A stretch of DNA of 64,000 nucleotides from Sphyrna mokarran (lineage: Eukaryota), in the NCBI GenBank assembly GCA_024679065.1, contig JAGIQG010000008.1, positions 95,170,001 through 95,234,000 on the forward strand, read 5' to 3'. This document shows, in pieces, positions 51,379 to 64,000 of the stretch; within the stretch, counting starts at the first letter, position 1, and each line of letters starts with the position of its first letter. Made by a program: the position numbers and the translations under genes. The notes beneath the pieces were generated by a model. That model did not search any database. It saw only the letters and a list, made by a program, of their open reading frames with translations, and had not been told where the DNA came from.

Positions 51379-53081
51379 AAGTTGGAATTCTGCTGTGCGC
51401 TGGACCACAATATAGAACAGATTCACATACACCTCCACTGGAAACCACTGGCTAAGTCTTGTCCGAATGGGGTTCTAGAAACTTAAGCATTGCAGGAACG
51501 AGGCCTCATCCATTCTGGGCTCCCCGATTTCTTACGACAGGAAATCGGCCCCTTGTTAGTATATTTAAATACTCATGCTTTTTCCACTTGCTTCGTACCT
51601 CAAAAATGTTTGCAACTAGAACCAGTTTCTACCCTAACCTCTCCTATCCCGACATAAAATGCACTGCACCAATTATTTTTTTTAAACATATTGCACAATA
51701 CATTAGGAATCCATTCCCAAACCCCACTGTCTCAATTCATCTGAATGCTCACTTTATACAAGCCATTTATAAATAGGAATATATTTACATTGCAGGAAAT
51801 TCCATTAAAATATTACATGCTTCACAGATTATAAATCAAATGTCAAAATAAATAGATGTTTCCTGTGAGCTTTCTACCTGTGGGAATTAAATTGAAGTCA
51901 AAGTGAGTCACAATCTACAGGGAGTGAAGTGGCAATGGAATGGATGAGCATTATTGGGTTTTGTCCTCTGAGTTATTCCTGTAATGGAAATTGAAGCGGT
52001 GGACAGTCAATTCTGAACATTACAGAACATGTGCTCATTAACTGGGTTTTCATATCTGTGCACAACCAGAAATTCTCAGCCGTCTTTCAGTCATTCTTTC
52101 TCTACCTGAGAGAGGACACCTCCATTTGACGCAACATGCCCTGGAGAGACAGGTTGCCTGTCTGCAGAATTCTAAACTTATCAGGCTCACCTCAGTCATC
52201 TGTTTCTGACAAATTTTGTAGTTTGAATCAAATTACAAAATTCAGTTAAGGTGGTGGAGGGCTCAACTGAAGCATTCCCAGTCAATCCAAAACTCTGCTA
52301 CCCACATTTGGCCTGTAAGCATCCAACAGAGTATCCTCAGAGGTTAGGCCAGAGTATTTCACTTGGCCTCACACTATCTCCACTGAGCTATTCACAAGTA
52401 CTTTTCTATCTAACGTTACTCAACTGAAACAGTTCGGATCCACCACAGGCTTGGGATTTGCATTTTTCCTTTCCTGGATATGACAGGTCAAAACTTTAAA
52501 GTAAACCCCACAAAGGCCAGGATTTTGTACTCCCACATGAGTGGGCTTTTAGGCAAGGAGGATAAGAGGGGGTCAGGAAGAGGTGGTGAAATTGAAGGGA
52601 CAGGATTCCTTCTGGGCTCCAGCCAGCCTCAATGACTGCACAGTGATTTTACGCTGGGGTGGGAAAAGCCTTGGAAGGCAAGCCATCCTTGCCCCAACTC
52701 TGGTCCTTAAGTAGCTGATTAATGACCATCCCATCCAGCCTCAATTTTTAGGCTGGTAGAAAGATAGAACCTCCCTGAGAAAACCCCAAAATACTCTTGG
52801 GTGGGGAGGCACCTTTGACAGATGTCCCCTCTCTACTCCTTTAAGATCTGGTAGCCTCTGGACCTCCCTCTCTCTCCTCTCCCAAGATCTTGATGGCCTG
52901 CTCTCTTCCCCAGGCCTTCCCTGCCCACGCCACTCTGGGATCATTTGAATTTACCTGGGCCTTCAGACTTTTGCCTCTGATCTCTTCCTGAATTTCTTCT
53001 TCTGTCCACCACAGTGCTGGTTGCGGTAGGGATTCAATCAAATTGGCTGGCTACTCTCTAAGGCTAGCCTCGTCTCGAGTA

Positions 53082-53396
53082 TCATAGAATCCCTTCTATG
53101 CGGAAGGAAGCCATTCAACACATTGAGACTGCGCCAATAACAGTCCCATCCAGTCCCTATCTCCATAACCCTATACATTTATCCTGACACTACCCCCCTT
53201 GACACCAAGGGGAAATTTAGCACGGCCAATCAACCAAACCTGCACATCTTTGGAGTATGGGGGGAAACTGGGACACCAAGTGGAAACCCATATAGACACG
53301 GGGAGAACATGTAAACTCCACACTAGATAGGCACCCAAAGCCAGAATTTAATCCAGCTCTCTGGTGTTGAGAGGCAGCAGTGCTAACCACTGTGCA
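53082..53396 (-). mobile_element. HE1-like SINE, tail type B
   Basis: Match to the 30150 copy; ends in gggattctatga on the minus strand. Confidence 0.85.
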
Positions 53397-54058
53397 TTTT
53401 GTTTGTTCATGATTTTCCAGTGGTAATATGGTGACTAAATCTAGTTTCCTAGTGTAATCTGAGTGGTTTTTTCTCAGTTAATTGTCTCATGCGTAAAGAT
53501 AATTCATGATGCTATAGATGCCCAGGAGTTTCCTAGTGTAATGAGAAGTTCCCCAATTAACTGTTTATTGAAATATACTCAAAAGCTATACAAGCTGGGG
53601 TGGGGATGGTCCTCACCCTTATTGGCACACAAGCCTTGATTTTCAAACTGTGGATCTTACTTCAAAATAAACCCATACCTGGAGTTTCTGCCAGGCTTTT
53701 GCGGGTTCAGTACAGTCTAACCCAATGCAAAAAAAGATCAAGTTCACTGCAAATCAGAGGTCAGCAATTTTCCAAAACAGAAATGATGTTGAAATCTGCC
53801 CCAAACCACAACATTGACCATGCCCGGGATCAAACTAATCATCATAACGAGTTTCAACAAATTACTCTCATTTTTGGGGTTTCAAGGAGATTTTAAAATT
53901 AAGCTTTTTTTTTGCTCTAAGAACACTAATACAACACCATTTTAAAAATTTTTTAAAATTATAAAAAAAATTTATTAAGAAATTGACTATTGTACAACAA
54001 TGATACTAGTAAATACTTCTGTATTTCTTTTAAAAAATATTTTTAATTATTTAAAATC

Positions 54059-54148
54059 GCTCACCTGATGAAGGGGCAATACTCTAAAAGATTGAGCTAC
54101 CAAATAAACTTGTTGGACTTTAACCTGGTGTGATGAGACTACTTACTA
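54059..54148 (+). mobile_element. Single-arm Penelope-like remnant with a decayed hammerhead motif
   Basis: TCACCTGATGAAGGGGCAATACTCTAAAAG followed by the family arm caaataaacttgttggactttaacctggtg. Confidence 0.7.
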
Positions 54149-55613
54149 TTTGTTTGTGATAAACTGATTTTCAGCGATATTAATGAAATGTAACAAATGC
54201 ATCAAAAGCATTTTTTAAGTCAAAGTTTTTTTAAACTTAAGTACATTGTAAATTGCTACCCAAGTGCAATGGTTCATAAATAATTTTATATTTGGCGATA
54301 GGCAAATGGGTTGTGACATACATCTAATTAATGGCTCTTGTTAATACTTTAGAGGTAATGTTTAGTTCCCGGAAGTTTAAAGTTTAACTGTAGAAAATGG
54401 AATAAATGCAACTAAAGCAGCTTGGAATCAACTAAACATAAAAGGATGGGGCCATGTTGACTTAAGCTAGAAAGTTAGGAATCATAAAACTGGGCTTACT
54501 TAGCTAAAAAGTTGTAAAGGAACGATAATTGGCTTGGAGATCAGTTTGAGGATAGACCACTGTAGGTTATATTTGCATGGAGATGGGTGGAAGTTTCTCT
54601 GATTTAAATTTATTGTGTGTTTGCCAGGAGGGTGAATGAGTACAGCAGGGGAAGGAGGCTATTCTGAAAGATTTCTACTGTTGGTAGGCAGTTCGAACTC
54701 AAAATAGCTATGGGAGTAACTGTTGTTTGCAGTTTGGAACTTGTGTGGTCTGCAGCTGAAATGATGGCCCTGATAGATGTCAACAGGCTCAAGGCAGTTC
54801 AGAGAAGACCTTGAGAGCAGAGAAGATGATGGAAGGTCACTGGTTCCTAGGAGCCAATTACAGCTCAGTGCAGGTGGGAGAAGGATTCAGAAAAGCCTAG
54901 GGCATTCTCAATAAGCAGGCAGCAAAAGTTGTAAGAGCATCAGTAGTTAGAAGCTGGTGCACAAATTTGTGAATCCTGTGGAATGCAAATCAGGAGGTAA
55001 GCAGTCTTGAAGGCAGTTTGACTTGCCATGAGTTTTAAGGAAATTCAGAGGTTAGATTTTATAAAAATGAATAATTCACATCACTCAAAGGAGACAGAGC
55101 TGTAACAAGATATTGTGACTCATAGTGGTCACCAACATCTGGGTGGCTTCCAGAGAAATCCATAGGATCTGCCACTTAATGAGCAAGAATAATGTGTTTG
55201 ACCACAGTTTCCCTATTAATTTGTATGTAGCTCATATTCCAACATTCAGAATTAACACAAGATAGATTTTGTAAATTGTTTTACTTTTCTGACCTTATAT
55301 AGTAAAGTTTATTTTATTTGTCTAAAACCAAACTCATTGTTTAATTCTTCTAGTGGGTAATTGGGAATTCAAATTTTTACATAAACAAATTATTGGTCAT
55401 TAACAATGAGTGAAAAGAATTAATTCTGAAAATTTAGCACAATTTTGAGTGAAATTTGCACCTGGATTTCTGATTGCTCCTGAAGTGGAAACTCTACCTT
55501 GTTAACTTTGAATGCTGAGTGGAATGATGGAACTAGGGTCCATTCAAACAACAAATAGGTGTCAGTGTACTTTTTAATTGTGTTGCAGGGGATCTCTCAG
55601 TACAAACACCCAC

Positions 55614-55795
55614 CTTATTACCCGTGCAGTTCATTCCCAGGCTATTCATGGATGACATTTTCCCGTCCAGCCCAGGCAGCTGCAACTGCTGCTCCCGTTG
55701 CAGCTGTTCTCTCATTTTCCGAGCTTCCTGGATGGCCTTCATCACTGCGTCCTGGTCACCCAGGAAGGCTGTCGAATTTAGAGTGGAGAGGATGT
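55614..55795 (-). CDS. SOX6: SOX6 internal coding exon ([61 protein letters not shown]), second coiled-coil region
   Basis: Lies within ORF 55533-55931. Polypyrimidine tract then tgcag|AC, donor AAG|gtgggt, 182 nt (phase 1 to 0). [12 protein letters not shown] is a SoxD signature. Confidence 0.95.
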
Positions 55796-57559
55796 CTGCA
55801 GCAGAGAGAGAGAAAAAGGGAGAAGGTCTGTGAAGTTTCCCCAATGTGGAAACCAGGTTGACTGGGAGCAAAAGATGGATTAAAACAGAACAAAAATTTC
55901 TTCTGACCCATACGGTGTCCCCTTTTTCCAATGCAGCTTTCCCTTAGCAAATAGTAAATGACTCAGTCTGCACGCAACTCATGTCTTTACAAACCAGTTG
56001 TTGGCCAATTCATAACATTCAACATGAGAAACGTATTTCGTTGAAAAACCAACATTGTTTTTATTTTTTTTAAATACTCATTAAATTTGGATTCAGACAA
56101 CAATCTCCTGATGCTGTCAATTATTAATGAAACCATTCCTTTCAGTACATTATCTGGAACATTGATTCCTTAGAATGTGCTCCACACAGTCTTCTCTTGC
56201 AAATGGATTTGCACTTCCTAACTAGATGTATTGGACACTGTATCACTGACCCAATTCAGATAATAGTGAAGCAGACAAAGCTGCGAGAGCAGTTAAAACT
56301 GCTTCTCCCGGTGCTGTTATTCTTCATTCTTGATTTTTTTCTCTCTGTCCGCGCCACCTCTTTTTAAATGGTTTTAAAATAACCAATTTTTTTTTAAAGA
56401 TGTGAATTACTGAAGTGTGGTGATCTGTGTAGAAATTATAGGACTTTTTGGTAATGAATAATATCTCCCTGCGGATCCCGCTTTCAGTCACATCAGTCAG
56501 GCTTTCTGCTGCTCAGCCCCCAAAGCCACTAAGCACTTTCCAATTATGTTCAGCGCCACTGCGTTAATCAAAACTACAAATTATTTTGAACTCTGTATCC
56601 CAAATGAAGACCAAAAAAAAAGAAAGCATTTAGATTTTGCTCATTAGTTCTTGCCCTTTTAAGACAACACAGTGAAGCACAAAACTGAAGATGGACCATT
56701 AGTTGGAGGGGGTGAAAATACCTCACAGGCTTTCTAAGTATGGTTGGAAATATGTATTCCAGAAACTGAGCAGCAAATTGTATGGACAGGCAACTTTGAT
56801 TCATGCAAATGTTAACTGTTCAGTCGATAGTTTAGACTAGAAGTATTCACTAGGAACAATTCCTTGATCCTTGACTTCCATTGGGAAGCTTTGCTAGACT
56901 CTGTAGCCACAGTGAATGAAGGTTCCAAGACTGGAATTAAGCATAACATTTTGTGTGGAAGGTCGCTGAAAAGTAACTTGACTGATGACTTCTCTGAAAC
57001 ACCATTTTAGGTTTTCAAAATATATTTCTTCCCCTCTATACCCAGCCTATCCTGAATCATGGTTGTAGCGTCACCTGAAAAGTGGTGAGCAGTTCACAAC
57101 AAGGCCCAGAGATACTCTGGGCACAAGATCTGCCAAGGCTTGTATTTGAGGAGAAGAATCAAGTATGTGGCTGCATTATAAGTCTCACTGATATCAGCTG
57201 ATCTTACAAAAGGGCACAATGTAGCCGCATGCTGTGATGCAACAGAAATAATGGATCACAACTAAAGGCCAAGTTATTAAATTATTGATTCATTCAAAAT
57301 CAGCAACTGTGTTACTGTGAATTGATGGAAGTATAAGCTGAATTGCCAGCTGACGTTTGATGATTTTATAATTATTCATCAAACAAATTTAATTATATGT
57401 CAGAAAACATGACAATTGAGCCCAGCATGGATTATCTCTCAAAACTTGCGAAAAACTAAGAGACAAATGCAAGAATATACCGTAATGCTCCTTCATTTCC
57501 TCATGCATCACTTTTCTGTGGACCTTGGTTCAATGCTAGGGTGCATTGCTGGTTTTGAT

Positions 57560-60500
57560 CACCTTTTAACTTACATGTCTCTTATTAAAAAGAGAATCAA
57601 CAGCAAAGCTTGCATTTGTATTAAACACCATGCTCCTCTGACAAATCCTCCATTTTTGAGCATCTCACCACCCGTTCAAGATCTTCATTCTCTACTGCCC
57701 TTCCAAGTACAACAAAAATATTCAACTAAGCTACTTTTGCTGCTTTTCTCTCTCAGTCTCTGCACCAAATGATTTCTCAGCCTGAATGATTTCAACCTCC
57801 ATCTCAGCCATCAAACTCACTGTCCTCTTAGGTAATTACTCCCTTTATTCTCTCTATATTTCTCCTTCATTGTCAACTTCCCAAGTAATTACACAGGCAA
57901 GCAAACAACACCTCGGCCTTGCCATCTCTCATGATCTTGCCAGTCCTATTCTATCAATCACAGATAAAATCATCTCTGAACACTTCCTTGCATCACTCTC
58001 CACATCCACATTCTACCACCTTCTGTATTCATCTCTGGGAAAAACTATTCCTGAATTCACTTACAGCTACACTTACAATTCCCAACTATCTAGCTTTTAG
58101 TTCTCCATTTTCCACAACATTTCTGCAGTTTCCAATTTGCTCAACCATACCCTCATCTCATTCGTCCTCAAACGTGATTTTCTCTCACCTTAACATTCCC
58201 CTGAAATGGACCTCATCTCTGCTAACTTAAATCCAATTGTCAGAGATTTAAATGGATATGGTGGACAGCTAGTTTAGCAATCCATAGTAAACCATATCCA
58301 TTTAAATCTCTGACAATTGGATTTAAGTTAGCAGAGATGAGGTCCATTTCAGGGGAATGTTAAGGTGAGAGAAAATCACGTTTGAGGACGAATGAGATGA
58401 GGGTATGGTTGAGCAAATTGGAAACTGCAGAAATGTTGTGGAAAATGGAGAACTAAAAGCTAGATAGTTGGGAATTGTAAGTGTAGCTGTAAGTGAATTC
58501 AGGAATAGTTTTTCCCAGAGATGAATACAGAAGGTGGTAGAATGTGGATGTGGAGAGTGATGGAGTGATGGAGTGTGGAGAGCATTATTAGGTTCTGCTG
58601 TTGTTTGCTAAAACTGAGTACTATTTCAGTATTAGCCGGGAATGCAAAAGTAACTCTTACGTGGCTTTTCTCCATGGCAATTTAACTAATTTCTCTCCCT
58701 TGACTTCTCCACCCTCATCTCCAACAATAAGTGTGAGGAGCCTTGTGGACCACTCTGTCACTAAGGTTGACAACATTCAATCAACTATTGTTGTTTCCCT
58801 CCCTTCCATTAACCCACATGGGCAAACTCACTTTAAAGTTTCCCCCTGCCTTAGCCCTGAATTCCCATCCACCAATTTTTTGGGCAAGTTTTTACTTCCA
58901 ATCTGACAGATAAAGATATTGAAAATATGAGCTACACCATCTCCAGCTGCTGTAGGCAGTGGGCTGGGCTTAATTTGCCAGCCAGCCTGCAGAGGGAGCT
59001 AATGTGCAGATGCAGACCTTTGATTCTGCACTTGCCCAATTCCAACAGCAGATCTCTGTCAGACAGAGACTTGTCAGGCCCCTGCTGTTGCAGCCTTTCT
59101 TGATACGGTTTCCCACTCCACTGGCAATCGGGAGGGCCCAGGGCTAAATGCAAGCCCCATACTGCCTGAAATGCAACCCCTGCCTCCACCTCTCACAGAT
59201 CAATTGCGCGGCCCTCCTGGCAATGATCTTGAATGTGTTATCATCTCTCGAATCTATGCTCATCCTTCACAGAGTTTTATGCTTGAATCCTTCCAATTAG
59301 GCTCCTGACCCTGCCACAATGAAAAAAATGGCTTTTTAAAATCATAAATATCATCCTACTTCCCTCCTTCCATTGGTTGCATGCAGAGTGGCAGTAGGCA
59401 TCCTTCCGACCAGTCAAAGTGCACAACAGTCACCCTCCCCACTGATCTGGCTGCCATTCAGGCTTCATTCCTTCAGGTCCCGTCTCCACAGGCCGACTGT
59501 CATAGGCTCGTGCCCCGACAATTACCGAGGATTGAAGCCAGCAGTGCCAAGGTGCCCGGGCTTGCATTGATGGGCAAAGCGAGCCAGTAATGTCCAGTCA
59601 CAACGTTACAGAACTATACAGCACAAAAACAGGTCCTTTGGCCCAACTGGTCCATGCCAACCATGTGTCCATCCAGCTAGTCCTCATTGCTTGTATTCAG
59701 CTATGGCCCCATGTTTGGCCTATATCCCTTTAATCCTTTCCCATCTATGTATTTATCCAAATGGTTTCGCTGATATTCCCTCATGCCCTCTCCAAGTTTA
59801 TTTTGTCCATGAGTACCTCTTCCTGCTCCCTTGACCCCTGCTGCTGAACTGCCAACCACACCCCCAGTTCCTATGTTAGCTGATATTGTAAACAGCTCTT
59901 TTTCTTCAGGTCTTGTTCCCATTGCTTTTCAATATGCTGTCGTCACCCCTCTCCTTATAAAACCACTTCATTACTCCTACCAACCTTGTAAACTATCACC
60001 ACATTTCTAACTTCTCTTTCCTCTCAAAAGTCCTTGAATATGTTACCCATCTCCTGGATCTATGTGCATCTTTCACAGAGCTTTATGCTTGAATCCTTCC
60101 AATTAGGTTTCTGCTCCTGTCACAGTAAAAAAAATGGCTTTTTAAAATCATAAATGACACCATATGTGACTGCGACTAAAGTGAATGATCACCCATCATC
60201 TTTCTTGACCTGTCTGCAGCCTTTGACACAATTAACCACACTGTCATCCAACACCTCTCATTGTTGTCCAAGTGGGTCAGAGTTTTCGCCAGGTTCCATT
60301 CCTATCTGTTGAATCATAGCTAGACTATCACTTGCAATGGCTTCTCTTTCCTCCTGCTCCTGCACCATTTCCCCTGATGTTCCCCAAGCATCTAAACTTG
60401 GCCCCATCCTATTTCCCCTTGGTGACATCGCGTGAAAGCACAGAATGAGTTTTCACACGTACAGGGATGACAACCAGCATTCACCAGCCCCTTTCTCTCC

Positions 60501-61398
60501 ACTCCTGAAGTGTGGTGAAGTTATCACACTGCTTATCCTCTGACATCTAGCGCTGGATGAGCAGGAATTTCCTCCAATCAAACATTGGGAAGACAGGAGC
60601 AGTTTATTTCAGACCCCTCCAAGCTACATTTCCTAACCAGTGGCTCCGGCCCTTGCCCTGGCAATAATCTGAGATTAGAACAGTATGTTCGCAACCTTGG
60701 CACCATACGTGACTTTGAGCTCAGCTTCCAATCACATAGTGGTGCCATGACTAAGACCATCTATTTTCACCTCTATAACATCACCTGCCTTTGCCTCCAT
60801 CTCCACCTTCTGCAGCACCTGCTGCAGAAACCTTCATCTAAACCTCCGTCACCACAGTACCCCCATGGCTGGTCTTCCTCATTCTACCCTTGGTATACTT
60901 AAGGTTATCCATAACTCTGTTGCCAGTATCCAAGCTTGCATCACCTCAGTTAGCTATCACCTCTGTGCTTGTTGACCTCCACTAGCTTCTATCAAGCATC
61001 ATCTTGATTTTAAAATTCTCACAATTGTTATCAAATCATTCTATGTCTTCCTTTTTTCCCATCTCCATAATCTTGCCTAGTCCTACAATCTTCTGAGATA
61101 TCTAGGCTCCTTTAATTCTGGCCTCTTCAATCCCTGATGTTAATTGCTCTGCTATTGGTGTCCATGTTTACAACAGCTTCAGCTGTAAGCTCTGGAATTT
61201 ATAATCACCAAGCCTCTCTGCCTTGTTAACATACATTCCTTCTTTTAGACTTAACGCTTACCTCCTTGACTACATTTTTGATCATTTAACACAATGTCTT
61301 CTGATGTGGTTCGGTATCTCATTTGGTGTTATAATGCTCCCATGAAACACTTTGGGATGTTTTGTGACATAAGAGGCGCTATAATGGATGTGACTGCA
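57560..61398 (+). mobile_element. Old, disrupted L2-clade LINE with several internal insertions and rearrangements
   Basis: RT remnants LDLSAAFDTINH (~60200), VPQ.S.LGPILF (~60380), WMSRNFLQ.N..KT (~60555); L2-type 3' end tttgggatgttt..aggcgctata (~61350-61385). The 5' boundary is uncertain. Confidence 0.75.
57991..58562. repeat. Perfect long inverted repeat: 272-bp arms, 28-bp spacer
   Basis: 57991-58262 is the exact reverse complement of 58291-58562 when read line by line. Confidence 0.97.
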
Positions 61399-61715
61399 GT
61401 TGACGAGGTACAGAGGAGGTTCACAAGGGTGTTTCCTGGGATGGAACATTTAAGTTATAAAGAGAGGTTGGATAGACTTGGATTATTTTCTCTGGGTAAG
61501 AAGTCTGACAACACCAGGTTTAAGTCCAACCGATTTATTTGATAGTAAACTCACAAGGTTTCGGGGTTTCTCCCTTCGTCAGGTGAATGAAGAGAACTCC
61601 ATTCACCTGACGAAGTGCTGGCAGGTGAGATTAGGTGGCAGGTCAGGGCCCTTCATGTGTCTGCGCAGACTCAATAGGCTGAAGGGCCGCTTCTGCACTA
61701 TTGTGATTCTGTGAT
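61399..61715 (+). mobile_element. CR1 3' fragment interrupted by a Penelope-like insert (~61496-61618)
   Basis: EVQRRFTRVFPGMEHLSYKERLDRLGLFSL, then the insert, then a CR1 tail ggctgaagggcc..ttctgtgat. Confidence 0.75.
61549..61588 (-). ncRNA. Putative minimal type I hammerhead ribozyme motif (Penelope-associated)
   Basis: RNA: AUUCAC CUGACGA A GGG agaaac CCC GAAA cc UU GUGAGU. Both core boxes, a 6-bp stem I and a 3-bp stem II are present. Activity is untested. Confidence 0.55.
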
Positions 61716-62018
61716 AAAGGTATGAGATGTTGCTATTGTTTGATTGGCTGAAAAGTTCTCAACTAGCAATACCAAAAGGAACAGATTTATAATTTCAGTT
61801 GGAACACAGATATGAAAACTGCATTTGTTTTATGCTAGTGGAGATTCACAAGTGGATGCCTCCTTCATGCAGACACGTTGGAATATGAACCCAATCTGTT
61901 CAGGCTGTGAGCTGGCTGAAGATCAGTAATGAAAGTACCATGTAAAGTATTGTCTTACAATATCACCAATAATGCTCAAAGGCAGAAAGATAATTTTTCG
62001 TTCTCCCTGAGTGCTTAC

Positions 62019-62199
62019 CTAAAGATGATCCTCTTCCTGGTGTGCCACCCACGGGGCTGGGGATGCTGCTTTTATTCGGCAGGTTGACTGGACTAGATTT
62101 ATTTGTATGGAAGAAACTCTGGGTGGGTGATGTGGGAGATCGGACGGGCTCTGTGGTCTTGGGCCGGGCTGACAGATTGAGCGGCTGTGCTGCTTCATC
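62019..62199 (-). CDS. SOX6: SOX6 internal coding exon ([60 protein letters not shown]), includes PLNLS CtBP-binding motif
   Basis: Manual translation of the minus strand. Acceptor ttgtag|GAT, donor G|gtaag, 181 nt (phase 0 to 1). Closely matches vertebrate SOX6 as recalled. Not in the ORF track. Confidence 0.95.
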
Positions 62200-62564
62200 C
62201 TACAAATGAATCGTAAACAAGCACGTTTAGCACATTGAATAACAATGCTGTGATCCTCCCTCCTAACACTGGAACTGAGCCCAAACTACTGCACACGTGA
62301 AGCAATTGGTGCCAAAACCTATTTTCATTCTAGTACACACAATAATAGCATTGTTGCACCATTTCTTTTTATTCCCATAAAAGGATTATTTTTTAGGTTC
62401 AAAGTTATTTGTTTTAATCTGATTGATCTTAACCTGTTTGAATGAATCAAGCATTGCGATTACTACAGATAGAAAGATTTTTAGCTGTTGTATTTCATTT
62501 GTAAGTAATGGTTGCATTTCATGTTGTCAAATTAACCTAGTAATTGGCAGCTGATATGATTGGA

Positions 62565-62835
62565 GTGGCATAGTGGCACAGTAGGCAGAAATGAGACCTC
62601 ATAGTGCCAGGGTTCGATTCCCAGCTTGGGTCACTATCTGTGCAGAGTCTGCACATTCTCCCTGTGTCTGCGTGGGTTTCCTCCGGGTGTTCCAATTTCC
62701 TCCCACAATCCGAAAGACATCGAGTTAGGTGCATTGGCCATGCTAAATTTTCCCTCAGTGTATCCAAACAGAAGTGTGGTGAATAGGGGATTTTTCACAT
62801 GTAAGCCTACTTGTGACTGATAAATAATCTTTTAA
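62565..62835 (+). mobile_element. HE1-like SINE, tail type A
   Basis: B box GGTTCGATTCCC; central domain tctgcgtgggtttcctccgggtg; tail gtaagcctacttgtgac. Confidence 0.85.
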
Positions 62836-62849
62836 AACTTAATTAGCAA

Positions 62850-63205
62850 AAGGGCCTGCTTGACCAGCTCCTTGCACTGTTTTTTTTAAGAATCAACATC
62901 TCAAATGGCTATGGGAAAGCCTTATCATGTGAACATGTTAAATTCCAGAAAGTGTTTCAGCAAAGTCCCACAAAAAAAAAGGCTGCTGCACAAATGGAAG
63001 AAGCAAAATGTTCCTGAGTGAAAATTAGCCTAAGGAGAGAAAGCTGTGGGGAAATTGAGGAGTCTTCTCAGAAGGGGAGGCATGTACTTAGAAGAATGCC
63101 CTGATGTTTGTGCTAGGCCCCACATGTTTCTAACTTATATATAAGATTTGCATCCAGTGGTACAATTCAAGTTGGATTTGCAGATGACGCTAAAATGGGG
63201 GGAGG
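62850..63205 (+). mobile_element. Highly decayed CR1 reverse-transcriptase remnant
   Basis: FQKxFxKVP-like (~62943) and FADDAKMG (~63178) motifs. Confidence 0.55.
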
Positions 63206-64000
63206 GGGGACATCTAAATCCATTAATGTAGGCGAGGAAGTGCATAGCTTTATAATCCTTGTCCTTAAGTTGAGGTCACTTCACCAAAGAAGAAGCATTG
63301 TTAAATGCCAGAGTTCCTTTCCCTGCCATTCTTTACCAAATTCAACTATGTAATTGTATACAATGGCTTGGTAGCTTGTAAGATGCAGTAACCGCTTATT
63401 AAAACACGCCTCTTACCATCTACACAAGCCACATTCTAGGGAAGGGCGTGCTGTAGAAAACAGAAAATTAACTGCACGCACCACCAGAGAAAGCCAATCA
63501 TTACTCATATTGCAATAGTCACCACAGTTTAACAAGGAACAGTTACTTACTAAAACAGCTTGTGAGCTCTTTTGTACTTTGTAAAGCTAATTGATTCTTT
63601 AAATTGTAAAGTGCTAAGTATCAGCAATATACCGACAATCTACTACTTGAACAATTTTGCAAGAAAACAACATATATTTATATATTTTATATATTATATA
63701 TAGGTATAAACATCCTATAATGTACATATCCAGAGAAACTCCAATGCTGGGGTACAAAATGCTGTTCAGTTTACAGAAACATTGAAGGGTACATAGAGCA
63801 TGGCAGACACCAGGGCCTGAATTTTCAGAACAGTGGGGGTTTGGCTCTTGCCATCCAAAGAGTTAGCGGGGAACACATCCCCACCAACTCCAACAACCCC
63901 GATGCCACACCGCATTCTAACGAGAATGGGCTGGCATAAGGCAGGACTTTACTCTTAATTAGGAGAAAATCTTGCCTTGGAGAGCTGTCAACCAATCAGC

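Noticed and set aside
54561-55405. Possible solo LTR (TGTA...AACA)
   Set aside because: No target-site duplication and no second copy in the window; cannot be supported.

Overview
Eukaryotic, AT-rich vertebrate genomic DNA, very probably from a shark or other cartilaginous fish (inferred from HE1/V-SINE-like, DeuSINE-like and CR1/HER1-like repeats). The window holds the 3' part of the SoxD transcription factor gene SOX6 on the minus strand. Six coding exons (62019-62199, 55614-55795, 29567-29675, 14323-14556, 5498-5714, 2943-3246) join through GT-AG introns with consistent phases into the C-terminal part of the protein: PLNLS motif, second coiled coil, split HMG box and acidic tail. About 2.9 kb of 3' UTR follows and contains six miR-499 seed matches. 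The introns are full of SINEs, CR1, L2 and Rex-like LINE fragments, MITEs and palindromic Penelope-like remnants. Most notable: (i) a near-complete minimal hammerhead-ribozyme motif on the SOX6 sense strand (61549-61588), overlapped by a perfect 16-bp antisense hairpin, with related broken copies elsewhere; (ii) a perfect 272-bp-arm inverted duplication (57991-58562); (iii) nested retroelement insertions, one creating a chimeric ORF; (iv) an in-frame alternative acceptor in the first HMG exon. Almost all other ORFs in the supplied track are spurious or repeat-derived. Repeat boundaries are approximate and family names come from recall, not database searches.
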